From a virus (lineage: Duplodnaviria; Caudoviricetes): a stretch of 57,323 bases of DNA. The stretch lies in the IMG/VR virus record IMGVR_UViG_3300031658_003389, positions 1-57,323 of that record; one strand, 5' to 3'. Position 1 is the first letter of the stretch. Every line of letters begins with the position of its first letter. The translations under genes were made by a program, and so were the position numbers. Shown here piece after piece: positions 30,000 through 39,690 of the stretch. The notes beneath the pieces were generated by a model. That model ran no database searches, was not told the origin of the DNA, and saw only the letters and a list, made by a program, of their open reading frames with translations.

Positions 30000-31513
30000 G
30001 ATTATTATACATAGATATTCCAAATGCAGGAAATGAAATTTTCAACAAAAACTTTGTAAATAAAGTTGTTGAGCTAGATAATTTATTTGTACCTATACAT
30101 TCAACTGGTACATCTTGGAACTACCCAGCTCAAATAAAGGGTTGGCGAGATTGGGATTTTACATCACAATCAGAGGGTAAGTTTAGGGATGTTGATGAAT
30201 TTGGATACGCATCAGTTGATATTCTAGCAACCACTGTTAGGAATCCGTTTAATCTACTATACCAATATTTTACCAATGATTGGGCATGGTGTAGAAAGTA
30301 TCATAATTTACCAACTGATAATCATACCATAGCAGATTTTCATAAATTTGTAGATATATACTTAGATAGGTCTATTGTATTTCATGCACCATTATTTCGA
30401 AATTCACTATTTTCTCAATTAAAAGATATCAACGGAAATTGGTTACTAACTGATACTAGTATTATTTTACGATATGAATCAATAGAAGCTGATATTAATA
30501 AGTTCAGAAAACACGTCAATTTAACTGATATTAATTTAGAATCACTTCCTAAGCAAATAGATTACTTCAATATGTACACCGAAGCGCAAGTTAAGTTACT
30601 AAAGGTATTGTGGAAGGATGATTTAGATTATTTAGGATATACATTTGGTAAAACTATACAAAGCAAACCAATATCAACCCCACCACCAAAAGAACCTAAG
30701 AATACGAAGAAGATAGCAATATGTTTTTCTGGTGAGATTAGAGATTTGGAAAGAAATAAGGATTATTGGAGTAAACTTATTAAGGAATATGATATGGATG
30801 TGTATGCATCCTTTTGGAATGTTGAAAATGAGGAAAATGGGGATACGTTTGATAACTTCCATAGGTTGTATGATGTAAAGAAAACTGAAGTAGAATCGTT
30901 CAAATCGTTTGAACAATCAACTCTATCCCAGCTACGTATGGGAATCAACCCACCAAACTCATTACAACAACATCTAAGAGACTCTTGTATGAACTTTGGT
31001 ACATTATCAATGTGGTATAAGATATGGAGAGCAAACCTACTTACAAAGGAATTGGATATTGATTATGATATTGTAATAAGAGCTAGAACTGATATATTCT
31101 TTGATGAACGATTGGATATAACTGAAAATGAAATGTTTAACATACCATATGGTAGAGTTAAGACATCCGATTGGAAAGATTCAGATGGTATTTGTGACTT
31201 ATTTGCATATGGTTCACCTAAGTTAATGGATTATTATTCAACCTGTTTATTTTACATGATGGAGCATTTGAATAAAGATTACTATATGGTACCACATGAA
31301 TTCTTCTTACACACTCACATAAATAAAGTAAGTGTACCAATACGATTTTTAGGAACTAACTTAACAATTACCAGAACATCAAAAGGTAGTGATGATGAAT
31401 TATATTGTAAAGGTGTTGATGTTAAGGAGGAGATTTTACAATCAGATTTTATGGAATTAACACCTAATTCAGAGCTACGTTGGCGAGGTGATATTAAAAA
31501 CATCTTAAAATAA
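29996..31513 (+). CDS. Sulfotransferase-like domain fused to K-I-A-I-C-x-S-G family domain
   Basis: YIDIPNAG, TVRNPF, ILRYESI, DLDYLGY; Pro-rich linker; KIAICFSG, YDIVIRARTD, DLFAYG. Confidence 0.65.
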   Translation: MRLLYIDIPNAGNEIFNKNFVNKVVELDNLFVPIHSTGTSWNYPAQIKGWRDWDFTSQSEGKFRDVDEFGYASVDILATTVRNPFNLLYQYFTNDWAWCRKYHNLPTDNHTIADFHKFVDIYLDRSIVFHAPLFRNSLFSQLKDINGNWLLTDTSIILRYESIEADINKFRKHVNLTDINLESLPKQIDYFNMYTEAQVKLLKVLWKDDLDYLGYTFGKTIQSKPISTPPPKEPKNTKKIAICFSGEIRDLERNKDYWSKLIKEYDMDVYASFWNVENEENGDTFDNFHRLYDVKKTEVESFKSFEQSTLSQLRMGINPPNSLQQHLRDSCMNFGTLSMWYKIWRANLLTKELDIDYDIVIRARTDIFFDERLDITENEMFNIPYGRVKTSDWKDSDGICDLFAYGSPKLMDYYSTCLFYMMEHLNKDYYMVPHEFFLHTHINKVSVPIRFLGTNLTITRTSKGSDDELYCKGVDVKEEILQSDFMELTPNSELRWRGDIKNILK

Positions 31514-31565
31514 TTACTATTTTTTAAAAACTCTATATTTAAGTGAGAAACTCAGAATAAATAAT

Positions 31566-31721
31566 ATGGATATCAATGAAAGAGTACAGGAAATATTGGA
31601 TAAGTTAGAAGAAGCTATATCTTATGAAGATTTCCGAATGGTTGAGGAAGCTAGAAGGGAATTATTATTTGTATTAGATGATTTGGAAACTGATTACCCA
31701 ACTCACGATACTGAATACTAA
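31566..31721 (+). CDS. Small acidic helical protein, 51 aa (not in ORF track)
   Basis: MDINERVQEILDKLEEAISYEDF...; between a TATATTTA motif and a terminator. Confidence 0.6.
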   Translation: MDINERVQEILDKLEEAISYEDFRMVEEARRELLFVLDDLETDYPTHDTEY

Positions 31722-31742
31722 AAGTTACACAATTTATATATA

Positions 31743-31776
31743 AAAGACTCAACTTAATTGTTGGGTCTTTTTTTTT
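31743..31776 (+). terminator. Intrinsic terminator
   Basis: AAAGACTCAAC-TTAATT-GTTGGGTCTTT plus T-tract. Confidence 0.8.
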
Positions 31777-31868
31777 GAAAATAAGTAAGAAAAAGCTTGT
31801 GTATGTCATTTATTATTCTTATATTAGAGTGTTGTTAAGATTGAGAGATTGGTGAACAACGTTAACCC
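31775..31868 (+). repeat. 94-bp promoter/leader direct repeat, copy 1
   Basis: Identical by eye to 49340..49433. Confidence 0.9.
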
Positions 31869-31884
31869 ACTTAAATTATATAAT

Positions 31885-32154
31885 ATGAATTACAAAAGAT
31901 TTGACCGACATGAATTAATGAAACATGGATTCCTTTTCGATTACCACTCAACTACAATCAGATTGGTAAGAGATTACATATGGGAAACTATGAAAGAAGT
32001 ACATCATCCAATACTTAATATGTTAAATGGTATATGGGATGGCTATTTATATGATGAGTTATTAGTTAAATCACTAATCCTCCCATCTGAAGATTATCGA
32101 AGAATCGAAGATATGGTTACATTGATTAATGAACATATCGAAAATCAAAAATAA
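31885..32154 (+). CDS. Hypothetical protein
   Basis: Start placed at ATG 31885, the same offset from the repeat as ATG 49450. Confidence 0.65.
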   Translation: MNYKRFDRHELMKHGFLFDYHSTTIRLVRDYIWETMKEVHHPILNMLNGIWDGYLYDELLVKSLILPSEDYRRIEDMVTLINEHIENQK

Positions 32155-32165
32155 ATCAAATAAAG

Positions 32166-32197
32166 CTTGTTTAATCCAAATACATTTCGTATATTAG
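32166..32197 (+). promoter_or_regulatory. Bacteroidota-type promoter
   Basis: CTTG at 32166, TATATTAG at 32190. Confidence 0.7.
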
Positions 32198-32253
32198 ACA
32201 GGTAATGAGGTGGGAGTTCCATCTAATCAATAACCCTTTAAAAACATAAAATT

Positions 32254-34368
32254 ATGAGTAAATACGGAAATTCTTCTTATTGGTTAAAAGATTGGGAAGA
32301 TGAAGATAGTGTAGTTGATACAATGAGTGTAGTAGAGAAGAAATCAAATGACCTCTACAAAATGGCAGCTTCTAAACGGGCTATTTCAAACTTCGTTAAC
32401 ATTGTTACGAATGACCAAATTGCAGTTAAATTTAGTGAAAGAGGTGATTCTTATACTGATGGTAAAAGTGTAGTAATTGGTTCTAATATATCAGAACCAA
32501 AGGATTTTGATGTTGCTGTTGGATTAGCACTACATGAAGGTTCTCACATTAAACTTTCAGATTTCCAAGTTCTTAAAGATATCTATAATATAGTTCCTAC
32601 ACATATTACTGATGGGGCTATTAAGAAAGGTATTATGAATTCAGTTTCAATCATCAAAGATTTATGGAATGTTGTAGAAGATAGAAGAATTGATAAATTT
32701 GTATTTGATTCGGCTCCAGGTTATAGAGATTATTACCGAGCAATGTACGATAAGTACTTTAATGATAAATTGATTGATAAGGCTTTACAATCTGATGAAT
32801 ATACTGAAGAGAGTGTTGATTCGTATATGTTTAGAATTATTAACATTCATAATAAGAATACTGACTTAACCGCATTAAAGGGTTTAAGAGATATTTATAA
32901 AACAATGGGATTAGGTTCTATTGATAGGTTAAAAAGTTCCTTAGATGCTTTCAATGTGGCTCTAACAATGTTTCAAACTATTATGAGTAACTTACCAACA
33001 TCGGAAAGTGAAGAAGGTGATGGTGATGGTAGTAATGACCAACAAAGTGAACAACCTCAAAACGGAAATGGTGGTAATGGTTCGGATGAACCACGTGAAA
33101 TGACCGAAGAAGAGTTTGATGATTTAATGAATAGTGTAGATGGTGAATCTCCAACTGGTGGTTCTGATGAATCTCCAACTGGTAGTGGAGGAATGGAATT
33201 AGATAATGTTCCTGATGAAATGGGTACACCATCTGATTCAACTAATACTGATGAAACTGAAACAACTGAAACAACTGAAAAAGTTAAACTTTCAGATAGA
33301 CAAAAACAACTTCTACAAAAGAAAATCCAAAAACAAAAAGATTTCTTAGATGGTGATATCAAAAAGAAAAAAATCACTAAGAAGGATAATATCAATGTAG
33401 AAGCTATTCAAGAATCAGGTTCGGAAGTTACTTCGGTTGGTAGTGGTATTGAAAGTTATTATGGAAACCACCAAAAAGGTACCAAATGTATTGTAGTTAA
33501 GAGATTAACACAATCACTTTTAGAAAGTAGTATATTCCCAATGAGTTATAATAATTGGAATGTTGAAGAGAACGGCCCTATTGATAAGAGACATACGGAT
33601 GCAGTTAATGATGGTATTCGAATCGGAACTATGTTAGGTAAGAAACTTCAGGTAAGAGGTGAAGATAGAAATACTATCTTCAATCGCCAAAAATATGGTA
33701 AGATTGATAAACGAATGATATCATCATTAGGATTTGGAAACGAAAATGTATTCCAATATATGGAAACTGATTCTTATAAGAAAGCTAATCTGCATGTATC
33801 AATTGATGCTAGTGGTTCAATGAATGGTGGTAAGTGGACAAATACTATGACCAATGTGGTTGCACTTTGTAAAGCAGTTGATATGATTCAAAACCTATCA
33901 ATACAGGTTACGTTTAGAACTACATCTGGTGAGATACCTTATATAGTAATGGCTTATGATTCTCGTTCTGATAAGTTCTCTAAGGTTAAACAAATGTTTC
34001 CATCACTAAACGTAGGTGGTACTACTCCTGAGGGATTATGTTTTGAAGCAATTATGAAAAACTTCTTAGGTTCAAATAATGATATGGATTCATACTTCTT
34101 AAATATTTCAGATGGTGAACCTTACTTTGGTAATAATGATTTACACTATTCAGGTGAACCAGCGTATCAACATACTCGTAAAATGGTAAAACAAATAGAA
34201 GGTATGGGAATTCAAACTCTATCATACTACGTTGATGATTATGTACGTGAAGGAGAAGAACCATCAAAAGGATTTAAAATTATGTATGGTGCTGGTGCAA
34301 AATTGATAGATTTAAAAAACGTTTCTCAAATAACCAAAACAATGAACGGACTTTTTCTTCAAAAATAA
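32254..34368 (+). CDS. VWA-domain protein with N-terminal HExxH domain (CobT-like MoxR partner)
   Basis: LHEGSHI, NVVEDRRID, acidic linker, MIDAS DASGS, GGTTPE, ISDGEP. Confidence 0.85.
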   Translation: MSKYGNSSYWLKDWEDEDSVVDTMSVVEKKSNDLYKMAASKRAISNFVNIVTNDQIAVKFSERGDSYTDGKSVVIGSNISEPKDFDVAVGLALHEGSHIKLSDFQVLKDIYNIVPTHITDGAIKKGIMNSVSIIKDLWNVVEDRRIDKFVFDSAPGYRDYYRAMYDKYFNDKLIDKALQSDEYTEESVDSYMFRIINIHNKNTDLTALKGLRDIYKTMGLGSIDRLKSSLDAFNVALTMFQTIMSNLPTSESEEGDGDGSNDQQSEQPQNGNGGNGSDEPREMTEEEFDDLMNSVDGESPTGGSDESPTGSGGMELDNVPDEMGTPSDSTNTDETETTETTEKVKLSDRQKQLLQKKIQKQKDFLDGDIKKKKITKKDNINVEAIQESGSEVTSVGSGIESYYGNHQKGTKCIVVKRLTQSLLESSIFPMSYNNWNVEENGPIDKRHTDAVNDGIRIGTMLGKKLQVRGEDRNTIFNRQKYGKIDKRMISSLGFGNENVFQYMETDSYKKANLHVSIDASGSMNGGKWTNTMTNVVALCKAVDMIQNLSIQVTFRTTSGEIPYIVMAYDSRSDKFSKVKQMFPSLNVGGTTPEGLCFEAIMKNFLGSNNDMDSYFLNISDGEPYFGNNDLHYSGEPAYQHTRKMVKQIEGMGIQTLSYYVDDYVREGEEPSKGFKIMYGAGAKLIDLKNVSQITKTMNGLFLQK

Positions 34369-34379
34369 ATGAGAAAAAG

Positions 34380-34411
34380 CTTGTGTATGTCAATTGAAAA
34401 TCGTATATTAG
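34380..34411 (+). promoter_or_regulatory. Bacteroidota-type promoter
   Basis: CTTG at 34380, TATATTAG at 34404; shares AGAAAAAGCTTGTGTATGTCA with the 94-bp repeat. Confidence 0.7.
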
Positions 34412-34462
34412 AGGGTAGTTAAGAAAGAGAGAGAGATACTACCCTAACCCTAATCAAGCGAA

Positions 34463-34603
34463 ATGAAAGATAGTAAAAATACAAAACTAAAAGAAGTTCA
34501 GTTAACTTTACAAGATTGGTTAGATGCACTTAAAGTTCCAACTCCTCATAGAAATAAGAAGAAATTCTATCGTAAAGAAAAACATAAAAAAAACATCGAA
34601 TAA
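34463..34603 (+). CDS. Small basic protein with ArfA-like tail, 46 aa (not in ORF track)
   Basis: MKDSKNTKLKEVQLTLQDWLDALKVPTPHRNKKKFYRKEKHKKNIE, flanked by two promoters. Confidence 0.65.
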   Translation: MKDSKNTKLKEVQLTLQDWLDALKVPTPHRNKKKFYRKEKHKKNIE

Positions 34604-34605
34604 AG

Positions 34606-34637
34606 TTTGGTAGTTCCAAATATATTTCGTATATTAG
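34606..34637 (+). promoter_or_regulatory. Bacteroidota-type promoter
   Basis: TTTG at 34606, TATATTAG at 34630. Confidence 0.7.
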
Positions 34638-34698
34638 ACTAGTAATACAAATGGGGAATAATCCCCGAAACAATAACCCTTTAATACAAATAAAAGTT

Positions 34699-35907
34699 AT
34701 GCAAGATTTCACAATCGGATTCGTTAAAAATGAAGTTTACAAAGTAGAAAAGTTTGGAAATTCATTTAAGTTAATTGACACTAAAGATACCAAAGTTGGT
34801 ACAATGGGTGTTACTACTGGTACTCGTAAGAGTGCATATGTTAATGGTGAAGCACTACAATCGTTCATCAATAAGAATGGTAAGAAGGTTTACCGAAGAG
34901 TATCAATGGATGTTTACAACAACTTAGTTGTACCAATGAATACTGATAATGGTGGTGTTCAATTTGAAGACCAATCAGACCATAAAGCTATTAAAGATTT
35001 CATTCACAATGGTTCGGTTCAACTTAGACCAACTGAATTAGTGATGACTGATTTAAAATGGAAATTCCTAATACGTTCAGCTGTAAGAGCTAAGAACATT
35101 ATGATGACTGGACCAGCTGGTTGTGGTAAAACTATGGCGGCCAAATCATTAGTAAAAGCATTAGATAGACCAGATTTCTACTTCAACTTAGGAGCAACGC
35201 AAGATGCTAGAGCAACTTTGATTGGTAATACTCAGTTTGATAAACAAAAAGGAACTTACTTTTCAGAATCAGCATTTGTTAAAGCAATCAAAACTCCAAA
35301 CGCAGTTATCCTATTAGATGAGTTAAGTAGGGCTCACCCTGATGCTTGGAATATCTTAATGACCGTTTTAGATGGTGGGCAGAGATATTTAAGATTAGAT
35401 GAGGCTGAAGGTTCGCCAATTGTGAATGTGGCTGAAGGTGTTACTTTCATCGCTACGGCTAACATTGGTAACGAATACACTTCGACTAGAGTAATTGATA
35501 GAGCAATTTTAGATAGATTTGTTACTATTGAAATGGATGTTCTAAATGATGAGCAGGAATTTGAATTGTTAAAGTTTATGTTCCCTGATGTTAACGAAGA
35601 TGATTTAAAAGCAGTAGCTGAAATATCTCACCATACTCGTACTCAATCAATGAGTGATGCTGGTAAAGTTACCTCAATGGTATCGACTAGAGCTAGTGTT
35701 GAGATGGCTGGATTACTTTATGATGGTTTTGATTTATTCGAATCAGCTGAAATATCAATCTTTCCATTCTTCTCTAATGATGGTGGTGTAGATTCTGAAA
35801 GAACCTATGTGAAACAATTAGTTCAGAAGTATGTAAGGGATGAGGGTGAGGCTCTTTTCAATGAGCAGGAAGTTGAAAACGAATCAGAAGAAATTCCAAT
35901 GTTTTAA
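34699..35907 (+). CDS. MoxR/CobS-like AAA+ ATPase
   Basis: GPAGCGKT, ILLDELSR, ATAN, DRAILDRF, STR; likely start ATG 34699. Confidence 0.9.
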   Translation: MQDFTIGFVKNEVYKVEKFGNSFKLIDTKDTKVGTMGVTTGTRKSAYVNGEALQSFINKNGKKVYRRVSMDVYNNLVVPMNTDNGGVQFEDQSDHKAIKDFIHNGSVQLRPTELVMTDLKWKFLIRSAVRAKNIMMTGPAGCGKTMAAKSLVKALDRPDFYFNLGATQDARATLIGNTQFDKQKGTYFSESAFVKAIKTPNAVILLDELSRAHPDAWNILMTVLDGGQRYLRLDEAEGSPIVNVAEGVTFIATANIGNEYTSTRVIDRAILDRFVTIEMDVLNDEQEFELLKFMFPDVNEDDLKAVAEISHHTRTQSMSDAGKVTSMVSTRASVEMAGLLYDGFDLFESAEISIFPFFSNDGGVDSERTYVKQLVQKYVRDEGEALFNEQEVENESEEIPMF

Positions 35908-35922
35908 TCTAAACCCTAACCT

Positions 35923-36255
35923 ATGAATATACTACAAAAAATAAATTGGAAGGTAAGAAAAATTAATATCACAATCTCCCCATTAAATATTTTCATTAAT
36001 ACCAATTGGGAAGGTTGGGGATTTAACTTACTAACAATACAAAAAAACTTAAATGAGTACTCACTATTAAAACTATGTTGGCAGTTCCCAAACGGAGCTG
36101 ATAAGCAATTGAAGTTTGAAGGTGATTTCTTATTCCTTAGAACCTATCTATTAAAACTTAGAGAAGATTTAGATGATAATAAACTATGGAGTACGAATGG
36201 ACTAAGTAACTTAGATACATTCAAACTAACAATATTAAATTTTATATTTAGATAA
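35923..36255 (+). CDS. Hypothetical protein
   Basis: ORF tiling the operon. Confidence 0.6.
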   Translation: MNILQKINWKVRKINITISPLNIFINTNWEGWGFNLLTIQKNLNEYSLLKLCWQFPNGADKQLKFEGDFLFLRTYLLKLREDLDDNKLWSTNGLSNLDTFKLTILNFIFR

Positions 36256-36261
36256 TAAAAT

Positions 36262-37296
36262 ATGAAGATATACAAATTAGATAGTAAAGGCAAAGTAAGA
36301 GTATTGGAAGTAACTACCAACGAAGGTAATTTAATCCAAACATCTGGATTGCTAGATGGTAAAAAGGTAGAACATAAAAAATTGTGTAAACCAAAGAACA
36401 TCGGAAAGATAAACGAAACTACTGAAGTAACTCAATCTGAATTTGAAGCTGAAGCTCTTATAGTTAAGAAACTAAGAGAGGGGTATTTCAAAACCATTGA
36501 AGAAGCTGAGAGTGTTAAGGTAATCTTACCTATGTTAGCTAATGATTATTTCAAAAAGGAGAAGAAAGTACAATTCCCTTGTTACGTTCAACCAAAATTA
36601 GATGGTATGCGAGGATTGGGAAATGATGGTAAGTTAATATCAAGAGCAAATAAGGAAATCATTACTCTGAAACATATTCAGAATGATTTGGAAGGATTTG
36701 AGGAATACATTGATGGTGAACTATACGCACATGGATTGACATTTCAAGAGAATATGAAAATCATAAAGAAATATAGAGAAGGTCAAACTGAAAATGTGAA
36801 ATACCATGTATATGATATGATTTCAGATAAACCATTTATAGAACGATACAATGAACTTAAAACATTAGTATTCGGTTTACCAAATATAGAAGTAGTACCT
36901 TTAGTAGAAATCAATAGCCCAACAGAGTTAGAAGAGTATTATGGGAAATTTATGAGTGAAGGATATGAAGGTATAATGATACGATGGGGAACTGATGGAT
37001 ATAAAGTTAATGGTAGAAGTGATAACTTATTGAAGTATAAAAAGTTCTTTGATGTAGCTGTACCAATTGTGGATATTACACCTAATGATGCAATTCCAAC
37101 TCACGGAACTATTTGGATAGAATACAACGGAAAGGTTGTAAAGACTGGTGCTAGATTATCTCACGAAGAACGAGAGGATATCTTAACCAATAAAGAAGAT
37201 TATATAGGTAAAACGGCTGAAGTTAGATACTTTGAAACTACTGATGATGGTTCATTAAGATTCCCTGTATTTTGTGGTGTACGATTAGATAAATAA
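36262..37296 (+). CDS. ATP-dependent DNA ligase
   Basis: PMLA, QPKLDGMR (KxDG), IDGELY, YEGIMIR, LLKYK, LRFPVF..VR. Confidence 0.95.
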   Translation: MKIYKLDSKGKVRVLEVTTNEGNLIQTSGLLDGKKVEHKKLCKPKNIGKINETTEVTQSEFEAEALIVKKLREGYFKTIEEAESVKVILPMLANDYFKKEKKVQFPCYVQPKLDGMRGLGNDGKLISRANKEIITLKHIQNDLEGFEEYIDGELYAHGLTFQENMKIIKKYREGQTENVKYHVYDMISDKPFIERYNELKTLVFGLPNIEVVPLVEINSPTELEEYYGKFMSEGYEGIMIRWGTDGYKVNGRSDNLLKYKKFFDVAVPIVDITPNDAIPTHGTIWIEYNGKVVKTGARLSHEEREDILTNKEDYIGKTAEVRYFETTDDGSLRFPVFCGVRLDK

Positions 37297-37299
37297 ATT

Positions 37300-37797
37300 A
37301 TGGCAAATACTTGTAGTACAAATTTTATTATTAAAGGAACATCAAAGGTAATTGATTTCCTATTCGAAAAGATTGATAATTGTAATGCTGGGAGGTATCC
37401 AAATGAAGGAGATACTCCACATATTGTAGATGTGTTTGGGGCAGATGCTGAACTATTTATTGATAAGATAGGTTCCAAATGGATTTCAATTCAGAATTAC
37501 TTTACTAATAGTGATACTGAAATGGAAGTTCATTTTGAATCAGCATGGTATCCACCATCGGATATGTTAAAGGAAATACACCGACAATTAATTGAAATTG
37601 ATTCGGATGTAACATTCACCGCTAGGTATTGGGATGAGGGGTATGAACCAATTGGTGTTATTAAAATTACAAAAGATGGTGAGTACATTACACGAGAATT
37701 GGATGATTTGAGTGTAGATGACGAGCCTGAATTCTTTTGGGATGATGTGATTGAACCATCATTCGAACAATTAGAACAACTATTAAATATAAAGTAA
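37300..37797 (+). CDS. DUF1281/YubB-like ferredoxin-fold protein
   Basis: MANTC start, GSKW, FESAWYPP. Confidence 0.6.
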   Translation: MANTCSTNFIIKGTSKVIDFLFEKIDNCNAGRYPNEGDTPHIVDVFGADAELFIDKIGSKWISIQNYFTNSDTEMEVHFESAWYPPSDMLKEIHRQLIEIDSDVTFTARYWDEGYEPIGVIKITKDGEYITRELDDLSVDDEPEFFWDDVIEPSFEQLEQLLNIK

Positions 37798-37937
37798 TGA
37801 GTAAACAAACAAATGATTGGATGCAGAAGCTAGTTGATAACTACCACATCCCAAACGAAGAAGAACAATCTAATAATACACAACAACCTAAGATTTTGAA
37901 AGAATCTCAAATTAAGAAAATATTAGAAAGAGATTAA
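37797..37937 (+). CDS. Small hypothetical protein, 46 aa (not in ORF track)
   Basis: MSKQTNDWMQKLVDNYHIP...; tiles the gap exactly. Confidence 0.55.
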   Translation: MSKQTNDWMQKLVDNYHIPNEEEQSNNTQQPKILKESQIKKILERD

Positions 37938-37938
37938 T

Positions 37939-38202
37939 ATGAGCAAACTAAAACTAGCATCCATTGTAAAGACATCTAAGATATTAGCTAATGATAAACC
38001 AATTAGTAGAGAAGATGTATTAAAACTTTCAGAGGAATGGACCGAAAAGCAAGTTATATTTTTCAAAAAGATTGTAAGGCAAGGTGGTACATTTAGAATA
38101 AATGGTGTAAAGTTTGATATAAAGATAGGTGAGAAGATACTTAATTCATTAGGTCAAAAAGATGGTGGTGTACCAAAGATGTATGGACCTGAAAAAGAAT
38201 AA
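37939..38202 (+). CDS. Hypothetical protein
   Basis: ORF tiling the operon. Confidence 0.6.
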   Translation: MSKLKLASIVKTSKILANDKPISREDVLKLSEEWTEKQVIFFKKIVRQGGTFRINGVKFDIKIGEKILNSLGQKDGGVPKMYGPEKE

Positions 38203-38276
38203 TTAGTTAATTATTTGGTTATCTCAAATATATTTTGTATATTTACATATAATTAAAACCATAAAACCATAAAACC

Positions 38277-38759
38277 ATGTATAACCCATTTAGATATTTT
38301 ACAGAAGGTAAGTATAGAAGGAGACCTTTAAAAGCTAAGTTCCCACTTCTATTGAAGATTAGGAATGGTGATTTTGAATATTCACCATACTTTAGAGAAG
38401 CAGATGATAATATTGAATTGTATGATAAGATGTACAATGAGTTTATGGAAACTTCACCTATTAGAGATATCAATGATAAAAAGCATGAAGCGCATCAAAT
38501 TGCTAAGATGAAAAGAATCAAAGCACAAAAGTTGATGGAAGTAGGAGTAAATGAAGAGAACATACGATTACATCAATTAAGAATCGAATTGGAATCTGAG
38601 TTCGGAAAGGATTTGTGGGAGAAGTGTTTGGAAAATCAAAGAGGGAAAGGTACTACTGAAGATATGTATTGGTGGTATAAGAAGCAATGTAAGATGGGAA
38701 CAACACCATCAGAGATAGCAATAGCATTAGGTAGAACAACAACAAAAGGATTAAGATAA
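38277..38759 (+). CDS. Hypothetical protein
   Basis: Follows a promoter at 38214-38245 and three tandem TAAAACCA units. Confidence 0.65.
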   Translation: MYNPFRYFTEGKYRRRPLKAKFPLLLKIRNGDFEYSPYFREADDNIELYDKMYNEFMETSPIRDINDKKHEAHQIAKMKRIKAQKLMEVGVNEENIRLHQLRIELESEFGKDLWEKCLENQRGKGTTEDMYWWYKKQCKMGTTPSEIAIALGRTTTKGLR

Positions 38760-38935
38760 TGATTACAGCTTATACAAAAGTTTGGAATACAATTAGAACG
38801 GCTCAATATGTACACTTAATAAATGGTAGTGTATTGAACCTAATAAACAACTTCAATAAAATGTATAATGATGAAGTTCGATATGGAGAACTAATGGAAG
38901 ATTATAGAGCTAAATTAAAGAATATAAATGAATAG
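38759..38935 (+). CDS. Small hypothetical protein, 58 aa (not in ORF track)
   Basis: TAATG coupling to the upstream gene; MITAYTKVWNTIRTAQ... Confidence 0.5.
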   Translation: MITAYTKVWNTIRTAQYVHLINGSVLNLINNFNKMYNDEVRYGELMEDYRAKLKNINE

Positions 38936-38950
38936 CTAATATTTAAAGTT

Positions 38951-39226
38951 ATGGAAGTGATTAAGAGTAGATATGGATTAGAACGTACAATCGAAAAGAT
39001 TGATGCTAATCGTATCCGAATAATGGGTGAATCTCAATTTGTGAGACAATCTCAGAATGATGCCGGTAAGGTAACAATGTTTGATTACGAAGGTGGTCCT
39101 TGTTTATCGGTAGGTGGTGAAATTTCATACCAAAATTTAAAATGGTTGATTAAGGGGATTACTCCAAATCAATCAAAGCATGAGGGATTATCCGAATGTG
39201 TATTAACAGTGGAGGCTAAGTATTAA
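38951..39226 (+). CDS. Hypothetical protein
   Basis: KSRYG and FDYEGGP motifs; no function assigned. Confidence 0.65.
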   Translation: MEVIKSRYGLERTIEKIDANRIRIMGESQFVRQSQNDAGKVTMFDYEGGPCLSVGGEISYQNLKWLIKGITPNQSKHEGLSECVLTVEAKY

Positions 39227-39229
39227 ATA

Positions 39230-39424
39230 ATGTTTGGATTACTAACTGATGGTGGAGTACAAGACCCAATAATCACAAATGAGATATTGAGTAAGTTAAC
39301 ACCAGCTCAGAACCTACATTTGGAAAGTGGAAGATTGTTAATCAATCCAATCACCGGAGATACCATAGTACCTATCAGAGTATCACAAACTCAAATAGCA
39401 AGAATCGTAATAAATATATACTAA
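39230..39424 (+). CDS. Hypothetical protein
   Basis: ORF tiling the operon. Confidence 0.55.
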   Translation: MFGLLTDGGVQDPIITNEILSKLTPAQNLHLESGRLLINPITGDTIVPIRVSQTQIARIVINIY

Positions 39425-39576
39425 TGAACGATAACAATTTTCAGTACTTTGATGACCAATGGAACGAACCCACCACCAATAAAGATGAGCGTGGAGATTA
39501 CTATGATACCGACTTTGAGCAGGGTGTTGATGAGTATGTTCCAAAGAAAAATAGTATAACCACAATAGAGGATTAA
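39424..39576 (+). CDS. Small acidic protein, 50 aa (not in ORF track)
   Basis: TAATG coupling; MNDNNFQYFDDQWNEP... Confidence 0.5.
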   Translation: MNDNNFQYFDDQWNEPTTNKDERGDYYDTDFEQGVDEYVPKKNSITTIED

Positions 39577-39690
39577 GGGAATACCTCCTTTACATCGTTT
39601 ATGGTGGGGGGAGAGTCGGAACGGATTTTTTTATTGATAGTTTTATTTTACTATATTTATATTCAAATAGTTAAATATCTTTATATTAAT

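Noticed and set aside
31849-31884. Shared N-terminus MVNNVNPLKL of ORFs 31849 and 49414 as a protein motif
   Set aside because: It is translation of the non-coding repeat from a near-cognate start; the ATGs at 31885 and 49450 are better starts.
33145-33183. Duplicated GAATCTCCAACTGGT
   Set aside because: Local duplication in a disordered acidic linker; no sign of a wider system.
32254-35907. Cobalamin biosynthesis (cobS/cobT)
   Set aside because: No cobN or other cob genes; a generic MoxR/VWA pair explains the motifs.
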